Assembly: GCA_050298055.1 (NCBI GenBank)
Contig: JBNKTL010000002.1
Span: 64,001-128,000, forward strand
Length of the DNA: 64,000 nt
Direction of reading: 5' to 3'
From: Spirochaetota bacterium
Lineage (GTDB): Bacteria > Spirochaetota > UBA4802 > UBA5550
The position numbers and the translations under genes are program-made. Below, one piece after another: positions 47,841-57,635 of this stretch (within the stretch, counting starts at the first letter, position 1; every line of letters starts with the position of its first letter). The notes beneath the pieces were generated by a model. It searched no databases. It had not been told where the DNA came from and worked only from the letters and a program-made list of their open reading frames with translations.

Positions 47841-49391
47841 ATGAACAAAAATAAATTGAAAATTATCCTGGCTTTCTTTCTTCTCATCTTCCCCCTGGTG
47901 TCCCTGCACGCAGGATATTACAACAGGGGCAGGACACAGTTTGTCTACAAAAACTATGATAAGGCTAAGGAGATGTTCCTGAAGGCGGTAGAAAAACATG
48001 AACATGGAGATTCCTACTACTTCCTTGGTGAGATCGAAAAGCTGCAGAAAAATTATAAACAGGCAATGGAATATTACCAGAAAGCCGCAACGCTGCATAC
48101 GACGAAGAAATATAAAAAGAACGCTTTCTGGAACCTCATTGTCCTTGCGGAGATGAGCGGAGACTATGATAACCTGGTAAAAACGAGCCTCTATCTCTGG
48201 AAAAAGCTCAAGGACAACGGCGCCAGGAAAAAAATTGAGGGTATTATCAACAAGTCACTCTGGACAGACAACCCGGAAGCAGTGGCAAAATATAAAGCCG
48301 GAATAAGACTAAAAAAAAGAAAAAAATTTGACGAAGCAGAAGTTAAATTTCGTGAAGCAGTATCAATTGAGCCTGCATTCCTTGCTCCAAAATTTGAACT
48401 GGGCATGTCTGCATACAAAAAAGGGGAAACCTCAACGGCCCTGAACTACCTGGAGGATATTTCCAATAAGATCCCCTTTTACGCGGAGGTCCATATGATA
48501 ATGGCCGATATCTATTTCAATAACAGGAATTATGAAAAAGCGGCATGGCACTTTGACAGGGCCATAGAATACGGTTTCATAAAGGGGAAAACCAGGTACC
48601 TGCTCAGGCTCAAGAGAGGAACATCCTACTATAACACGGGGAACCTGGAAAAGGCCAGGGAGGATATCGACTACGCAGTTAATTATCATAAAAAGTCCCT
48701 GGAGCCCCTGCTGCTTCTCTCAGCTATAAACATCAAGCTCAATGACTATGATGGGGCACTCAGGGCCCTTTTGAAAGCATCGAAAATTGACAACAACAAC
48801 CCGGTCATCATATACAAAATCGGGAGTATCTACTACAAGAAGGATGACTGGCGGTCTGTTTCCTATTTTGACCGGTTATTCGATATGACAGTCAAGGGAG
48901 ATAAAAAGTCGAACAGCAGGTATTTAAGGGCCTTTGAGATACTGGCAGAAAAACACTTTGCCCGAAAAAACTACGGCAGAGTTCTGGAGATCACCGGTTC
49001 ACTGAAGGATGAGCTGAACAATTACAAAATACTCCTCATAAAAGCAAAATCATATTTTTATACCGCACAGTATGATCACGCAGTGGATATTTTTGAAAAG
49101 CTCTCACTTGATAATGAGAACAGGTTTATGCTCTGCAAGGCTTATTACCTGAGCAAAAGAAAAGAGAAGGCGGAAGAACTCCTGAAGTCTTTAATAAACC
49201 ATGACGAATATTATAAAAAGGCAAAAGAACACAGCTTTCTTTCAAAGCTTGTAAAAAAAATTGAAAAAGAGAAGCTTGATAAAGAACTGAGAGAAAAGGC
49301 CGAGTTAGAAAAGAACAGGCTGGAGAATACAGCTCCCCGGGAGAAGAGTACCGGGGAACAGGAAAAGAGTCATACCAGTGAGAGGAGATAA
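47841..49391 (+). CDS. Secreted TPR-repeat protein
   Basis: Signal peptide and multiple 34-aa TPR-like repeats. Confidence 0.8.
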   Translation: MNKNKLKIILAFFLLIFPLVSLHAGYYNRGRTQFVYKNYDKAKEMFLKAVEKHEHGDSYYFLGEIEKLQKNYKQAMEYYQKAATLHTTKKYKKNAFWNLIVLAEMSGDYDNLVKTSLYLWKKLKDNGARKKIEGIINKSLWTDNPEAVAKYKAGIRLKKRKKFDEAEVKFREAVSIEPAFLAPKFELGMSAYKKGETSTALNYLEDISNKIPFYAEVHMIMADIYFNNRNYEKAAWHFDRAIEYGFIKGKTRYLLRLKRGTSYYNTGNLEKAREDIDYAVNYHKKSLEPLLLLSAINIKLNDYDGALRALLKASKIDNNNPVIIYKIGSIYYKKDDWRSVSYFDRLFDMTVKGDKKSNSRYLRAFEILAEKHFARKNYGRVLEITGSLKDELNNYKILLIKAKSYFYTAQYDHAVDIFEKLSLDNENRFMLCKAYYLSKRKEKAEELLKSLINHDEYYKKAKEHSFLSKLVKKIEKEKLDKELREKAELEKNRLENTAPREKSTGEQEKSHTSERR

Positions 49392-49394
49392 TGC

Positions 49395-50297
49395 TTGAGC
49401 AGAGAAGTGAACAAATATGTTAAGCACAGTCCCCGTAATTCTGTTATCGCATTAATACTCCTCGCTGCAGCGTACATTATTAATTATACATTTCATGCAG
49501 GTCCGGTACTCCTGCTCCTCTATTCACTGGGTTCCCTCTTTTATGTTATCTATATAAAAATCAACAGTATCGGTTACAGGTATAACTCCGATTATATACA
49601 GTCAGGAGAAGCATCTGTTGCTCTGCTGGCAATAATTGCCGTAAGCAGCCGGTTATCTGAAAACCTCTCTCTTCTCTTCCCTGCCGTGGTCCTCATTGTT
49701 TTTCTGTCTGATATTTTTTTCAACAGGGTGCTTATCAAAAAGGGATCCGAAGCATGCACAGCGGGTATCTATATAAATATCTTTTCCGCAGTACTCCTTG
49801 TTTTCTCAGTTTTCAAAATACCCGGTTTTAACAGCAGTCTTATTACAAAAGTCCTTCTGGGATATTTGACTCTGCCGAATCCCGAACCTCTCTTTCTGGT
49901 CATCCCGGCAACACTTGCTTTGCTTTCTGCACTGCTTTACCTCATTCTGAAACCCGAACTTCTTTTATTTTCCCACGGCCCCGCCTATTTCAGGTCTGTG
50001 AGAATAAACTACACAGGGCTCAGGCTCATTGTGACATTCTTCAGATCCGTAGTGTTTACAGCGGCATTTTTCCTTACCGGAATTGCCGGGGGTACGGCAC
50101 TCTATTACCACAGGCCCGGAAAGGAGGGCCTGTACCAGCTGGAGTTTATAATGATAACCCTTGCCTATACACAGCTTATTGTGATGGTTTCACTTTTTTA
50201 TGGGAAAGTACCGGCATCTGCGCTCTCCATAGCAGCATCATACATTCTCTACTTACTCTTAATGAGAAGAAGGATTTACCTCTATGATAGAAATTAA
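49395..50297 (+). CDS. Polytopic membrane protein, possibly a divergent FecCD-type ABC permease
   Basis: About 9 TM helices; coupled to the downstream ABC ATPase; only weak FecCD resemblance. Confidence 0.55.
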   Translation: MSREVNKYVKHSPRNSVIALILLAAAYIINYTFHAGPVLLLLYSLGSLFYVIYIKINSIGYRYNSDYIQSGEASVALLAIIAVSSRLSENLSLLFPAVVLIVFLSDIFFNRVLIKKGSEACTAGIYINIFSAVLLVFSVFKIPGFNSSLITKVLLGYLTLPNPEPLFLVIPATLALLSALLYLILKPELLLFSHGPAYFRSVRINYTGLRLIVTFFRSVVFTAAFFLTGIAGGTALYYHRPGKEGLYQLEFIMITLAYTQLIVMVSLFYGKVPASALSIAASYILYLLLMRRRIYLYDRN

Positions 50298-51057
50298 AAA
50301 CCTCAATTTCACTTACAATGACAGGCATCTGTTGAAAAACATTAACCTCGCACTCAACGACGGTGAGATTATCGGTATCACCGGGAGGGGGGGCTGCGGA
50401 AAGAGTCTCCTCTTAAAGATACTGGCAGCCGTCATTAAAGAATACCAGGGCGAAGTCCTGCACAACGGCAGGAAACTGATCTCATATATGAGAAGCGATC
50501 TGCAGAAGATCATTTCATATATGGACGGGAAAACACCGGACAATCCCGATGACTCGGTCTATAATTTTTCTCTCCTTTCACGGATCACCTACAAGAGCAT
50601 GCTCAAGCCCTTTTCTGATTACGACATACAGGTTACCGAAGATTATCTCAAGGCCCTTGATCTTGAATCCATAGGTGACAGGAAACTGGGAACACTCTCT
50701 GACAGCCTGATGAAATCCGTAAGACTTGCACACTCATTTATCAGGGAAGGAGAAGTCCTTGTTCTGGATGATCCCACGGAAAGTTTAAGCATCTATACAA
50801 CCGCCCTCATAAGGAAACTCATATTAAAATACACACTCAACGGGGACAGGATCGTGGTAATGGCTTCCCACGATCTCAACTTTCTTCTGCAGACTGCCGA
50901 CAGGATAATCATTATGGACGAGGGAACCGTTTACGAAGACGGCCCCCCCCATATGGTTGATGCCGATTGCGTGAAGAAGTATTTCGGGGCTGATGTTCTG
51001 ATCTCCAGAAATATCTATAACGGGAAACCGGAGGTGCATATTTTCCCGGAAGATTAA
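50284..51057 (+). CDS. ABC ATP-binding protein, FepC/FecE-like, with degenerate motifs
   Basis: Walker A GRGGCGKS, Walker B VLVLDDP, H-loop ASHDLN; signature reads LSDSL. Confidence 0.85.
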   Translation: MIEIKNLNFTYNDRHLLKNINLALNDGEIIGITGRGGCGKSLLLKILAAVIKEYQGEVLHNGRKLISYMRSDLQKIISYMDGKTPDNPDDSVYNFSLLSRITYKSMLKPFSDYDIQVTEDYLKALDLESIGDRKLGTLSDSLMKSVRLAHSFIREGEVLVLDDPTESLSIYTTALIRKLILKYTLNGDRIVVMASHDLNFLLQTADRIIIMDEGTVYEDGPPHMVDADCVKKYFGADVLISRNIYNGKPEVHIFPED

Positions 51058-51070
51058 CCGGCGGGACGTT

Positions 51071-51421
51071 TTACTCCGCGTAGTGTTTAATCTTTGTTAT
51101 ACCCTCTTCGGGACTGTCGGCAAAGATAAGGGCTGAATACGCTTCAAGAGTATCGGTAAGATTAATAAGTTCATCACTGGGCCACATAATGATAAGTCTC
51201 TCCCCGTTCTCCTTGGCAAAATAGGAAAGATCAATAAGGGATGTAATCCCGGCTGTGGTGATCATAACCACATTAGACATATTGAGTATCAGGCTCTCTT
51301 TGTCTATTATTGATTTTACTGCAATTTCAAAACCGCTGATAGTGTTTGAATTGAGGTTCCCCGCGAGGTCCATTATCTTTATTCCGCCATAGTCCCGCAT
51401 TGTATAATTAATGACATTCAT
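51071..51421 (-). CDS. STAS-domain protein (anti-sigma-factor antagonist-like)
   Basis: MDLAGNLN...LILNMSNVVMITTAGITSL. Confidence 0.8.
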   Translation of the reverse strand: MNVINYTMRDYGGIKIMDLAGNLNSNTISGFEIAVKSIIDKESLILNMSNVVMITTAGITSLIDLSYFAKENGERLIIMWPSDELINLTDTLEAYSALIFADSPEEGITKIKHYAE

Positions 51422-51433
51422 AATAATAAATTC

Positions 51434-51564
51434 CTGACTACTCAGATATGACTCATTATCTCAATTAAAAAAACTAACCGATATATCCCCGCCGCCTTCG
51501 GCGGCGGGGATATATTGTTGATCTTTTATAAGATAAGTAAATTTTAGCCATATTAAATAGATAC
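51434..51564 (+). mobile_element. MITE-like element, copy 6
   Basis: Ends CTGACTACTCAGATAT...AAATAGATAC; perfect 16-bp stem ATATATCCCCGCCGCC-TTC-GGCGGCGGGGATATAT; flanks ATAAATTC/AATAATTC (6/8). Confidence 0.85.
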
Positions 51565-51570
51565 AATAAT

Positions 51571-52647
51571 TCAGGCGAAGAGACCTGAAAGGACCTCTTT
51601 TAATAATTTTTCATCAACCTCAATATTGAATTCCGGGTGAAACATTCCCCTGAGTAAGACAAATTTTATCTTTCCCCCGTAGTTTTTCTTGTCAAATTTC
51701 ATATGGTCAATAAGCTTCTCCGGATCAAGCCTGTCGATTCTATTGAACAACCGGTACTTTTCAACAAGTTTTTCCGCAAATTCAATATCAGCCTCTTTGA
51801 TCCATCCCATTCTTCCGGATATCTTCATTGCCGCAACAATCCCCATTGCCACTGCCCGTCCATGGGAGATACCGCTGTATTCCATAAGAGATTCCACTGA
51901 ATGGGCAGTAGTATGCCCGAAGTTCAGTATCGCCCTCCTGCCGCTCTCCTTTTCATCACCGGAAACAACAGATGCCTTGAATGCCACATTTCTTTCTACA
52001 AGCTCTTCCATCACGGATGTATTAAGAATACTCTCAAGATCATGATCAGCAAGAATGTTGAGAGTCCTCTCTTCACCCAGAAGACCATGTTTCAGGACTT
52101 CGGAAAGCCCGTTTTTAAGTTCATCTTCAGGGAGGGTTTCCAGAAACCTCATGTCGCTTGCAACCATTACCGGCTGATGGAAAGCACCGGCCATGTTCTT
52201 CCCATGGGAAAGGTTGACTGCGACCTTGCCTCCTATGCTTGAATCGACCATGGCAAGCAGAGTTGTGGGAACCTGGATTACGGAAATACCCCTCATAAAG
52301 AGGGCCGCAAGATATCCCGCAAAATCTCCCACAACACCTCCGCCTATGGCAACAACAAGCGACTTTCTGCTGAGGCCGCTTTCAATAAACTTCTCCAGAA
52401 AGCCGCCGGCATAGCCGTAATTTTTATTTTTTTCAGAATCATCCATGAGAAAGGTGGTGCATTCTCCGAAAAAATCCAGGGAATCCTCAATATAATCCCT
52501 GTGCAGAGAAAAGACCCGTGAGCTTCCAACCAGTACAATCCTGTCAGGAGTAAGTTTGTCAACAATAGCATTTACCCGGTTAAGTGATGATTCTCCGATG
52601 ACCGCACTGTAACTCTTTTCACCTGTTGAGACAACAAGTTCTTTCAC
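51571..52647 (-). CDS. aroB: 3-dehydroquinate synthase
   Basis: GGGVVGDFAG, PTTLLAMVDSSIGGK, KNMAGAFHQP and LNFGHT. Confidence 0.95.
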   Translation of the reverse strand: MKELVVSTGEKSYSAVIGESSLNRVNAIVDKLTPDRIVLVGSSRVFSLHRDYIEDSLDFFGECTTFLMDDSEKNKNYGYAGGFLEKFIESGLSRKSLVVAIGGGVVGDFAGYLAALFMRGISVIQVPTTLLAMVDSSIGGKVAVNLSHGKNMAGAFHQPVMVASDMRFLETLPEDELKNGLSEVLKHGLLGEERTLNILADHDLESILNTSVMEELVERNVAFKASVVSGDEKESGRRAILNFGHTTAHSVESLMEYSGISHGRAVAMGIVAAMKISGRMGWIKEADIEFAEKLVEKYRLFNRIDRLDPEKLIDHMKFDKKNYGGKIKFVLLRGMFHPEFNIEVDEKLLKEVLSGLFA

Positions 52648-53093
52648 TTACGCCACATTTTTCCAATATAAATTTCGCATTCTTTGCCGTCCATTATTGA
52701 AATCAGCTCGTTATTAACCGGGGGAAAGATCTTTATTTTTTCTATCTCCTTCCTGGTGAAAAACTCATACCCCAGAAGTCTCTCCTCCTGCCCGATGGAA
52801 TAATCTCCCCTGTTATATGAGCAGTGGAAAAATATATTGATAATATGTCTCTCGCCGGTAGGATCTATTGAATCGCAGATAAATGCCGGCCGGTGAACAT
52901 TAATTGTTATGTTGAGCTCTTCCTTGAACTCCCTGACGAGAGCTTCCTCCAGAGATTCGCCAAAATCCACTCCCCCTCCGGGAAGCAGCCAGTAAATATC
53001 CGGTCCTTTTTTATGGGATATAAGCAGCAGCCTGTTATCATCCACAATAATGCCGGCTACCCTGACCCTGACATTTTTTCCATTCTCATTCAA
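52644..53093 (-). CDS. NUDIX hydrolase
   Basis: WLLPGGGVDFGESLEEALVREFKEEL Nudix box. Confidence 0.9.
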   Translation of the reverse strand: MNENGKNVRVRVAGIIVDDNRLLLISHKKGPDIYWLLPGGGVDFGESLEEALVREFKEELNITINVHRPAFICDSIDPTGERHIINIFFHCSYNRGDYSIGQEERLLGYEFFTRKEIEKIKIFPPVNNELISIMDGKECEIYIGKMWRK

Positions 53094-53851
53094 AAGCTGT
53101 TCGTATCCTTATCAATATTTTCAAGGGCATCCCTCGCCGCTTTCATCTCGGCTTTCCTCTTGCTGCCCCCCCTGCCATTGGAGACCTCCCTGCCGTTTAT
53201 GAGAAGCCTTACGATAAATTCTTTACTATGCGCCGGCCCAATTTCATCGGTAACTTCGTATACGGGGCTTTTCTTATATTTTTTCTGGACATACTCCTGG
53301 AGCCGGGTCTTGGGATCAGTAAGGGTCGCCTGGTTGCTTACATTATCAATCTTCTTCTTGAAATGCTTGAGTATGAACTTTCTGCTCTGTTTGAGTCCCT
53401 GGTCCAGGTATATGGCACCAATGAGGGACTCAAGTGTATTTGCAAGTATGGATATTCTCTCTCTGCCTCCACTGTGCTCTTCACCCTTGCCCATAAGGAT
53501 AAACCCGCCAATATTGAGATTTGAGGAGACGACTGCCAGAGATTCATCGGAAACGATTACCGATTTCATCTTTGCCAGGTTCCCTTCCTGGTACTCAAGA
53601 AATCTCTTGAAAAGATATTCACTTATAATAAATCCGAGCACTGAGTCTCCCAGGTGTTCAAGTCTTTCATTGTCCTTTACATCATTCCCCGTTTCATTGA
53701 TGAATGACCTGTGAGTAAGCGCCGTATTCAATATGCGTTTGTCATTGAACTTGATATTAAGGATGCTTTCAAGTTTTGAAAGCTGCCGGGACCGGCTCTT
53801 TCGCGCCTTCTCTTTCTGTTTTTTCGGGCTGGACTTATCTTCTTTTGACAT
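53090..53851 (-). CDS. rnc: Ribonuclease III
   Basis: ALTHRS, NERLEHLGDSVL and dsRBD DPKTRLQE...GPAH. Confidence 0.96.
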   Translation of the reverse strand: MSKEDKSSPKKQKEKARKSRSRQLSKLESILNIKFNDKRILNTALTHRSFINETGNDVKDNERLEHLGDSVLGFIISEYLFKRFLEYQEGNLAKMKSVIVSDESLAVVSSNLNIGGFILMGKGEEHSGGRERISILANTLESLIGAIYLDQGLKQSRKFILKHFKKKIDNVSNQATLTDPKTRLQEYVQKKYKKSPVYEVTDEIGPAHSKEFIVRLLINGREVSNGRGGSKRKAEMKAARDALENIDKDTNSF

Positions 53852-54029
53852 TACCAGGATTTCCCAGTGTTCTTTTAATCTGTAATTTATGTATCATATA
53901 CTGCCTTCAATTATTATCGACTGTTATAAACTGTCAAGTTATAAGAAAACCTCTGTCAATTATTTTTATTAAGTTCCCCGGCGTGGCTAAGAATAATCAG
54001 TAGAGCTGAGTAGCCATATTCAATAAACT

Positions 54030-54056
54030 AAAAAAGGATGCTGTCACCAGCATCCC
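54030..54056 (-). terminator. Rho-independent terminator after rpmF
   Basis: GGATGCTG-GTGA-CAGCATCC followed by a T-tract on the minus strand. Confidence 0.8.
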
Positions 54057-54080
54057 TCTTACATGAAATTGATTTAAGAA

Positions 54081-54272
54081 TCAGTCTTTTATCTTCATCT
54101 TTTTCTCTACGACCAGCTGCCCCTTGTAGTAGCCGCACTCCGGGCATACCCTGTGGGGCATGACGTATGCATTACACTTGGGACATGGCCTTAAAGAAGG
54201 CACTCCAATAGCATCATGAGACCTTCTCATTCTTGATTTTGATTTTGATTTTCTTCTCTTTGGTACTGCCAC
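54081..54272 (-). CDS. rpmF: 50S ribosomal protein L32 (Zn-binding type)
   Basis: [11 protein letters not shown]...CPKC...[13 protein letters not shown]. Confidence 0.96.
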   Translation of the reverse strand: MAVPKRRKSKSKSRMRRSHDAIGVPSLRPCPKCNAYVMPHRVCPECGYYKGQLVVEKKMKIKD

Positions 54273-54387
54273 GTCTATCTCCCGTTCGTTTAATAATAAT
54301 TAGTGATGTTCAAAATCATATCCGGATATGTCAACAAAATTTTTCAGGATATTCTAATAATGTTCACCAGTGTAAAATTAATAGGTT

Positions 54388-55074
54388 TTAAAGCCCTACA
54401 AGGAAAAGCCGCTTTCTTGCCTTTTCAGCAAAGGCTGATCGAGGGAAGAGTGAAATAACACGATTAAAATAGATGACCGCATCTTCTTTTCTCTTTTGCA
54501 TTGAATAGAGCCTTCCCATATTATAAAATGCCTGGTCGGCAATGACGCTGTCACTGTAATCAGCCTCTATCTTTTTGTAAATGCTCAATGCCCCTTTTAA
54601 ATCACCACCCTCTTCCAGGGCAACCGCCGCCTTGTTAAGGGCAACAGAAGCAAGCAGTTCAGATCCGGTCGTATCGGAAAATTTGACCAGGAATTTGTGC
54701 GCTTCCTTATAATTCTTTTCTGAATAGTAGAGGTTCCCGATGTGATAATTGACAATATCATCAACAAACCCAAACTTTACAGAACCTGAAAGTGTCTTGA
54801 GGTCCTCAAGGGTTTTCTTTGTAATTTCCGGGTCCTTCTCTCTGTTCTTTTCATAGTTGTCCATGATCTTTTCATAGATAGCAAGATGTTTCTCAAGATG
54901 GTTTGAATAGTAGAGCAGCCCGATAATCAATGCTACCACAAGAACTCCCACCGCAATTAGTATATTTACAGTTTTTTTCCTGTTATCCTTAATGAAATCC
55001 CGGGCATTCATAATTGTCCTTTCAACGGGATTTCTTTCTATTTCTATGTCTTTTCTGACTTTTATCTTTGCCAT
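54388..55074 (-). CDS. Single-TM TPR protein (YfgM-like)
   Basis: N-terminal TM helix followed by TPRs. Confidence 0.75.
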   Translation of the reverse strand: MAKIKVRKDIEIERNPVERTIMNARDFIKDNRKKTVNILIAVGVLVVALIIGLLYYSNHLEKHLAIYEKIMDNYEKNREKDPEITKKTLEDLKTLSGSVKFGFVDDIVNYHIGNLYYSEKNYKEAHKFLVKFSDTTGSELLASVALNKAAVALEEGGDLKGALSIYKKIEADYSDSVIADQAFYNMGRLYSMQKRKEDAVIYFNRVISLFPRSAFAEKARKRLFLVGL

Positions 55075-55076
55075 AC

Positions 55077-56756
55077 CTATTCTTTATCTTCCAGTTTAAT
55101 ATCTACAAAATCGCCAAGAGTGGCCTTTCGTGATCCTGTGTTATCCAGTATCTTTTTAAGCTCTTCCTTCTCCGATTTTATTTCGAACTGTTTGATGCTC
55201 AATGAAAGCCTTTTCTTCTCAACATCAACACCGAGAACTGTTGCCTGCAGGCTCTCACCTTCCTTAAAATGATCTTCCAGGTTCTCTATCCTCGATGTTG
55301 ATACCTCGGATACGTGAACAAGCCCTTCTACATTCTCCTCAAGCTTGAGGAAGATACCGAACTGGGTTATACCTGAGATAACTCCGTCAACAATAGTCCC
55401 GGGCCTGTACTTTTCACTGATAACTTCCCAGGGTGACTTGGTAAGCTGCTTGATACCGCAGGAGATCCTCATCTCGGATTTGTTGATGTCAAGTATCTTG
55501 ACTTCAACCTCATCGTTAACCTTATAGAGGTCCGCGGCATCTTTCTTTTCATCACTCCAGGAGAGATCAGATACATGCACAAGTCCGTCAATATCATTTT
55601 CAAGCTCAACAAACATACCGAACTTAACGATCTTTTTGACCTTCTTTTTATGCACCGAACCAACCGGGAATTTCTCTTCAATTGTATCCCAGGGATTTTC
55701 AAGAAGCTGCTTCATTCCAAGAAGTATTCTCTTCTCCTCTTTGTTTACTTCGAGAATAGTAAGCTCCGCCATTTCTCCCTTTTTAAAGTAATCAAAAGCA
55801 TTGGGATTGTTCTTTGTCCAGGAAATATCAGAACTCCTTACAAATCCGTCTATGTCTTCATCAACCTCAATAAAGGCACCTGTATTGATAATGGTTATCA
55901 CCTTTCCGGAAATCCTGTCACCCACCTTATATCTTTCATCTATGTTCAGCCAGGGATCTTCCTTAAGCTGCTTGAGGCCAAGGGATATCTTGTGATCGGC
56001 TTCATTGATATCCAGAATTAAAAATTCCCTCTCCTCACCAAGCTTGAGGATTTTCCTCTGCTTAAAAACATTCTTCCATGACATGTCATTCCTGTGAAGA
56101 AGAGCATCGATCCCCTCAATCCTGATAAAAGCACCAAACTCCACAAACTTTACCGGCTCGCCCTTTATCCTGTCACCCGCCTTGTAATTTGCCAGGAAGT
56201 TATCCCAGACCTCCTTATTTCTTGAATCCAGGAAGTCCTTTCTCGAGAGAATGACCGATTTTTTCTTGGGATTTATACTGTTGATAATGAATTCATATTC
56301 TTCTTCTGATGAAGAGATTTTTTTGAGATCAGCGGCCAGTGAATAAGGAAGAAACGCCGTAAGATTTTCACATTCAACTATTTTCCCTTTTTTCGTAGCA
56401 CTGCTTATTTTTCCCTTAATTGCGTGAGCATCTTCTTTATATGTTTCAAGGAAACTCTGCCAGCGTTTCTCGGTATCAGCTGCGATCTTTGAAAACTGGT
56501 AAACTCCGTCCACAAGTCTTCTGCTCTGCAGCATGACATCGATCACATCCCCCACCTGAGGTTTCTCATCGAACTCCTCAAGTGAAATGCCGCCATCAGA
56601 TTTAATTCCAACATTTACATAAGCATATTCTGAATCAATTGTTACAATCTCGCCCCTTACTATCTTACCGGGCTGAATGCTATCCAAAGCAGAGTCTGCA
56701 ACATGTTCCATATTTATTGCATCAACCGCTTCACTGTTTTCTTCTCTATGGTCCAT
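55077..56756 (-). CDS. rpsA: 30S ribosomal protein S1
   Basis: Repeated S1 domains (FGAFI, DGLVHVSDLSW, SLGLKQL..DPW); downstream of cmk. Confidence 0.95.
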   Translation of the reverse strand: MDHREENSEAVDAINMEHVADSALDSIQPGKIVRGEIVTIDSEYAYVNVGIKSDGGISLEEFDEKPQVGDVIDVMLQSRRLVDGVYQFSKIAADTEKRWQSFLETYKEDAHAIKGKISSATKKGKIVECENLTAFLPYSLAADLKKISSSEEEYEFIINSINPKKKSVILSRKDFLDSRNKEVWDNFLANYKAGDRIKGEPVKFVEFGAFIRIEGIDALLHRNDMSWKNVFKQRKILKLGEEREFLILDINEADHKISLGLKQLKEDPWLNIDERYKVGDRISGKVITIINTGAFIEVDEDIDGFVRSSDISWTKNNPNAFDYFKKGEMAELTILEVNKEEKRILLGMKQLLENPWDTIEEKFPVGSVHKKKVKKIVKFGMFVELENDIDGLVHVSDLSWSDEKKDAADLYKVNDEVEVKILDINKSEMRISCGIKQLTKSPWEVISEKYRPGTIVDGVISGITQFGIFLKLEENVEGLVHVSEVSTSRIENLEDHFKEGESLQATVLGVDVEKKRLSLSIKQFEIKSEKEELKKILDNTGSRKATLGDFVDIKLEDKE

Positions 56757-56788
56757 AACCAACCATCCCTAAAATATTAACTTTTTTT

Positions 56789-56830
56789 GTAACTACTCCG
56801 CTATCAGCAAGAATATATCTAAGTAGTTAC
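56789..56830 (+). mobile_element. 42-bp internally deleted mini-copy of the MITE family in the rpsA leader
   Basis: GTAACTACTCCGCTAT...TATATCTAAGTAGTTAC; flanks CTTTTTTT/ATTTTTTT. Confidence 0.7.
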
Positions 56831-56957
56831 ATTTTTTTTTATGAACAGCCGCCTTTTTACAGGAGACTTGAAAAATGCGACTTTAAACGTTTTATTGACA
56901 GGCTGCATGAAAAATGTTTTACTTCAATAGCAATCCTTTTGTCATTCTGATCAGTTT

Positions 56958-57635
56958 TTACCTGTTTATAAGATCGGATATCAGGGAATTTAATTTTTCA
57001 ATAACACTTTCCTTGCTCATGTGAGAAGTATCAATATAGATGACATCCTTGGCCTGCTGAAGTTTTCCGAATACTCTTGACATGTCTTCCTTATCTCTCA
57101 GTATAATTTGTTTTTTCACTTCATTTTCGTCAAGATTTTTTCCCATTTCCCTGTATTCTTTAATTCTTCTCATTGCCCGCGCCTCTACATCAGCGTCCAG
57201 GTATATCTTCATTTCGGCATGGGGGAAAACAACGGTGCCAATATCCCTTCCGTCCATTATTATTGATTCATCTTCGGCCCAGTTCCTCAGGGTCCTGTTC
57301 ACAAAGTTTCTTATATCAATATTATCAGAAATAATACCGATATTTTTCGCAATATTTTCATTTCTTATTTTTCCGGAAACATCATCACCATTTACAAATG
57401 TGGAACACCCCCCGTCCCTGAATTCCTGGGTTATCACAATCCCCGGGAGGTCACGGGAAAAGTCCGTCTCTTTTTCCACTTTCCCGTAGAGTGAAAGGAA
57501 ATACCAGGTAAGCGACCTGTAGAGGGCCCCGGAATCGATATACTTAAGCCCAAGCGCCGATGCGACCTCTTTGGAAACACTGCTCTTCCCGGAACCGGCC
57601 GGACCGTCAACTGCTACTGTGATTCTCCTTCTCAT
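56958..57635 (-). CDS. cmk: Cytidylate kinase
   Basis: VAVDGPAGSGKSS, IDSGALYR and MDGRDIGTVVFP. Confidence 0.95.
   Translation of the reverse strand: MRRRITVAVDGPAGSGKSSVSKEVASALGLKYIDSGALYRSLTWYFLSLYGKVEKETDFSRDLPGIVITQEFRDGGCSTFVNGDDVSGKIRNENIAKNIGIISDNIDIRNFVNRTLRNWAEDESIIMDGRDIGTVVFPHAEMKIYLDADVEARAMRRIKEYREMGKNLDENEVKKQIILRDKEDMSRVFGKLQQAKDVIYIDTSHMSKESVIEKLNSLISDLINR

Noticed and set aside
53969..54017. Possible further mini-copy of the MITE (…CTAAGAATAATC…GAGCTGAGTAG)
   Set aside because: Only partial similarity to the termini and no convincing 8-bp target duplication; left uncalled.
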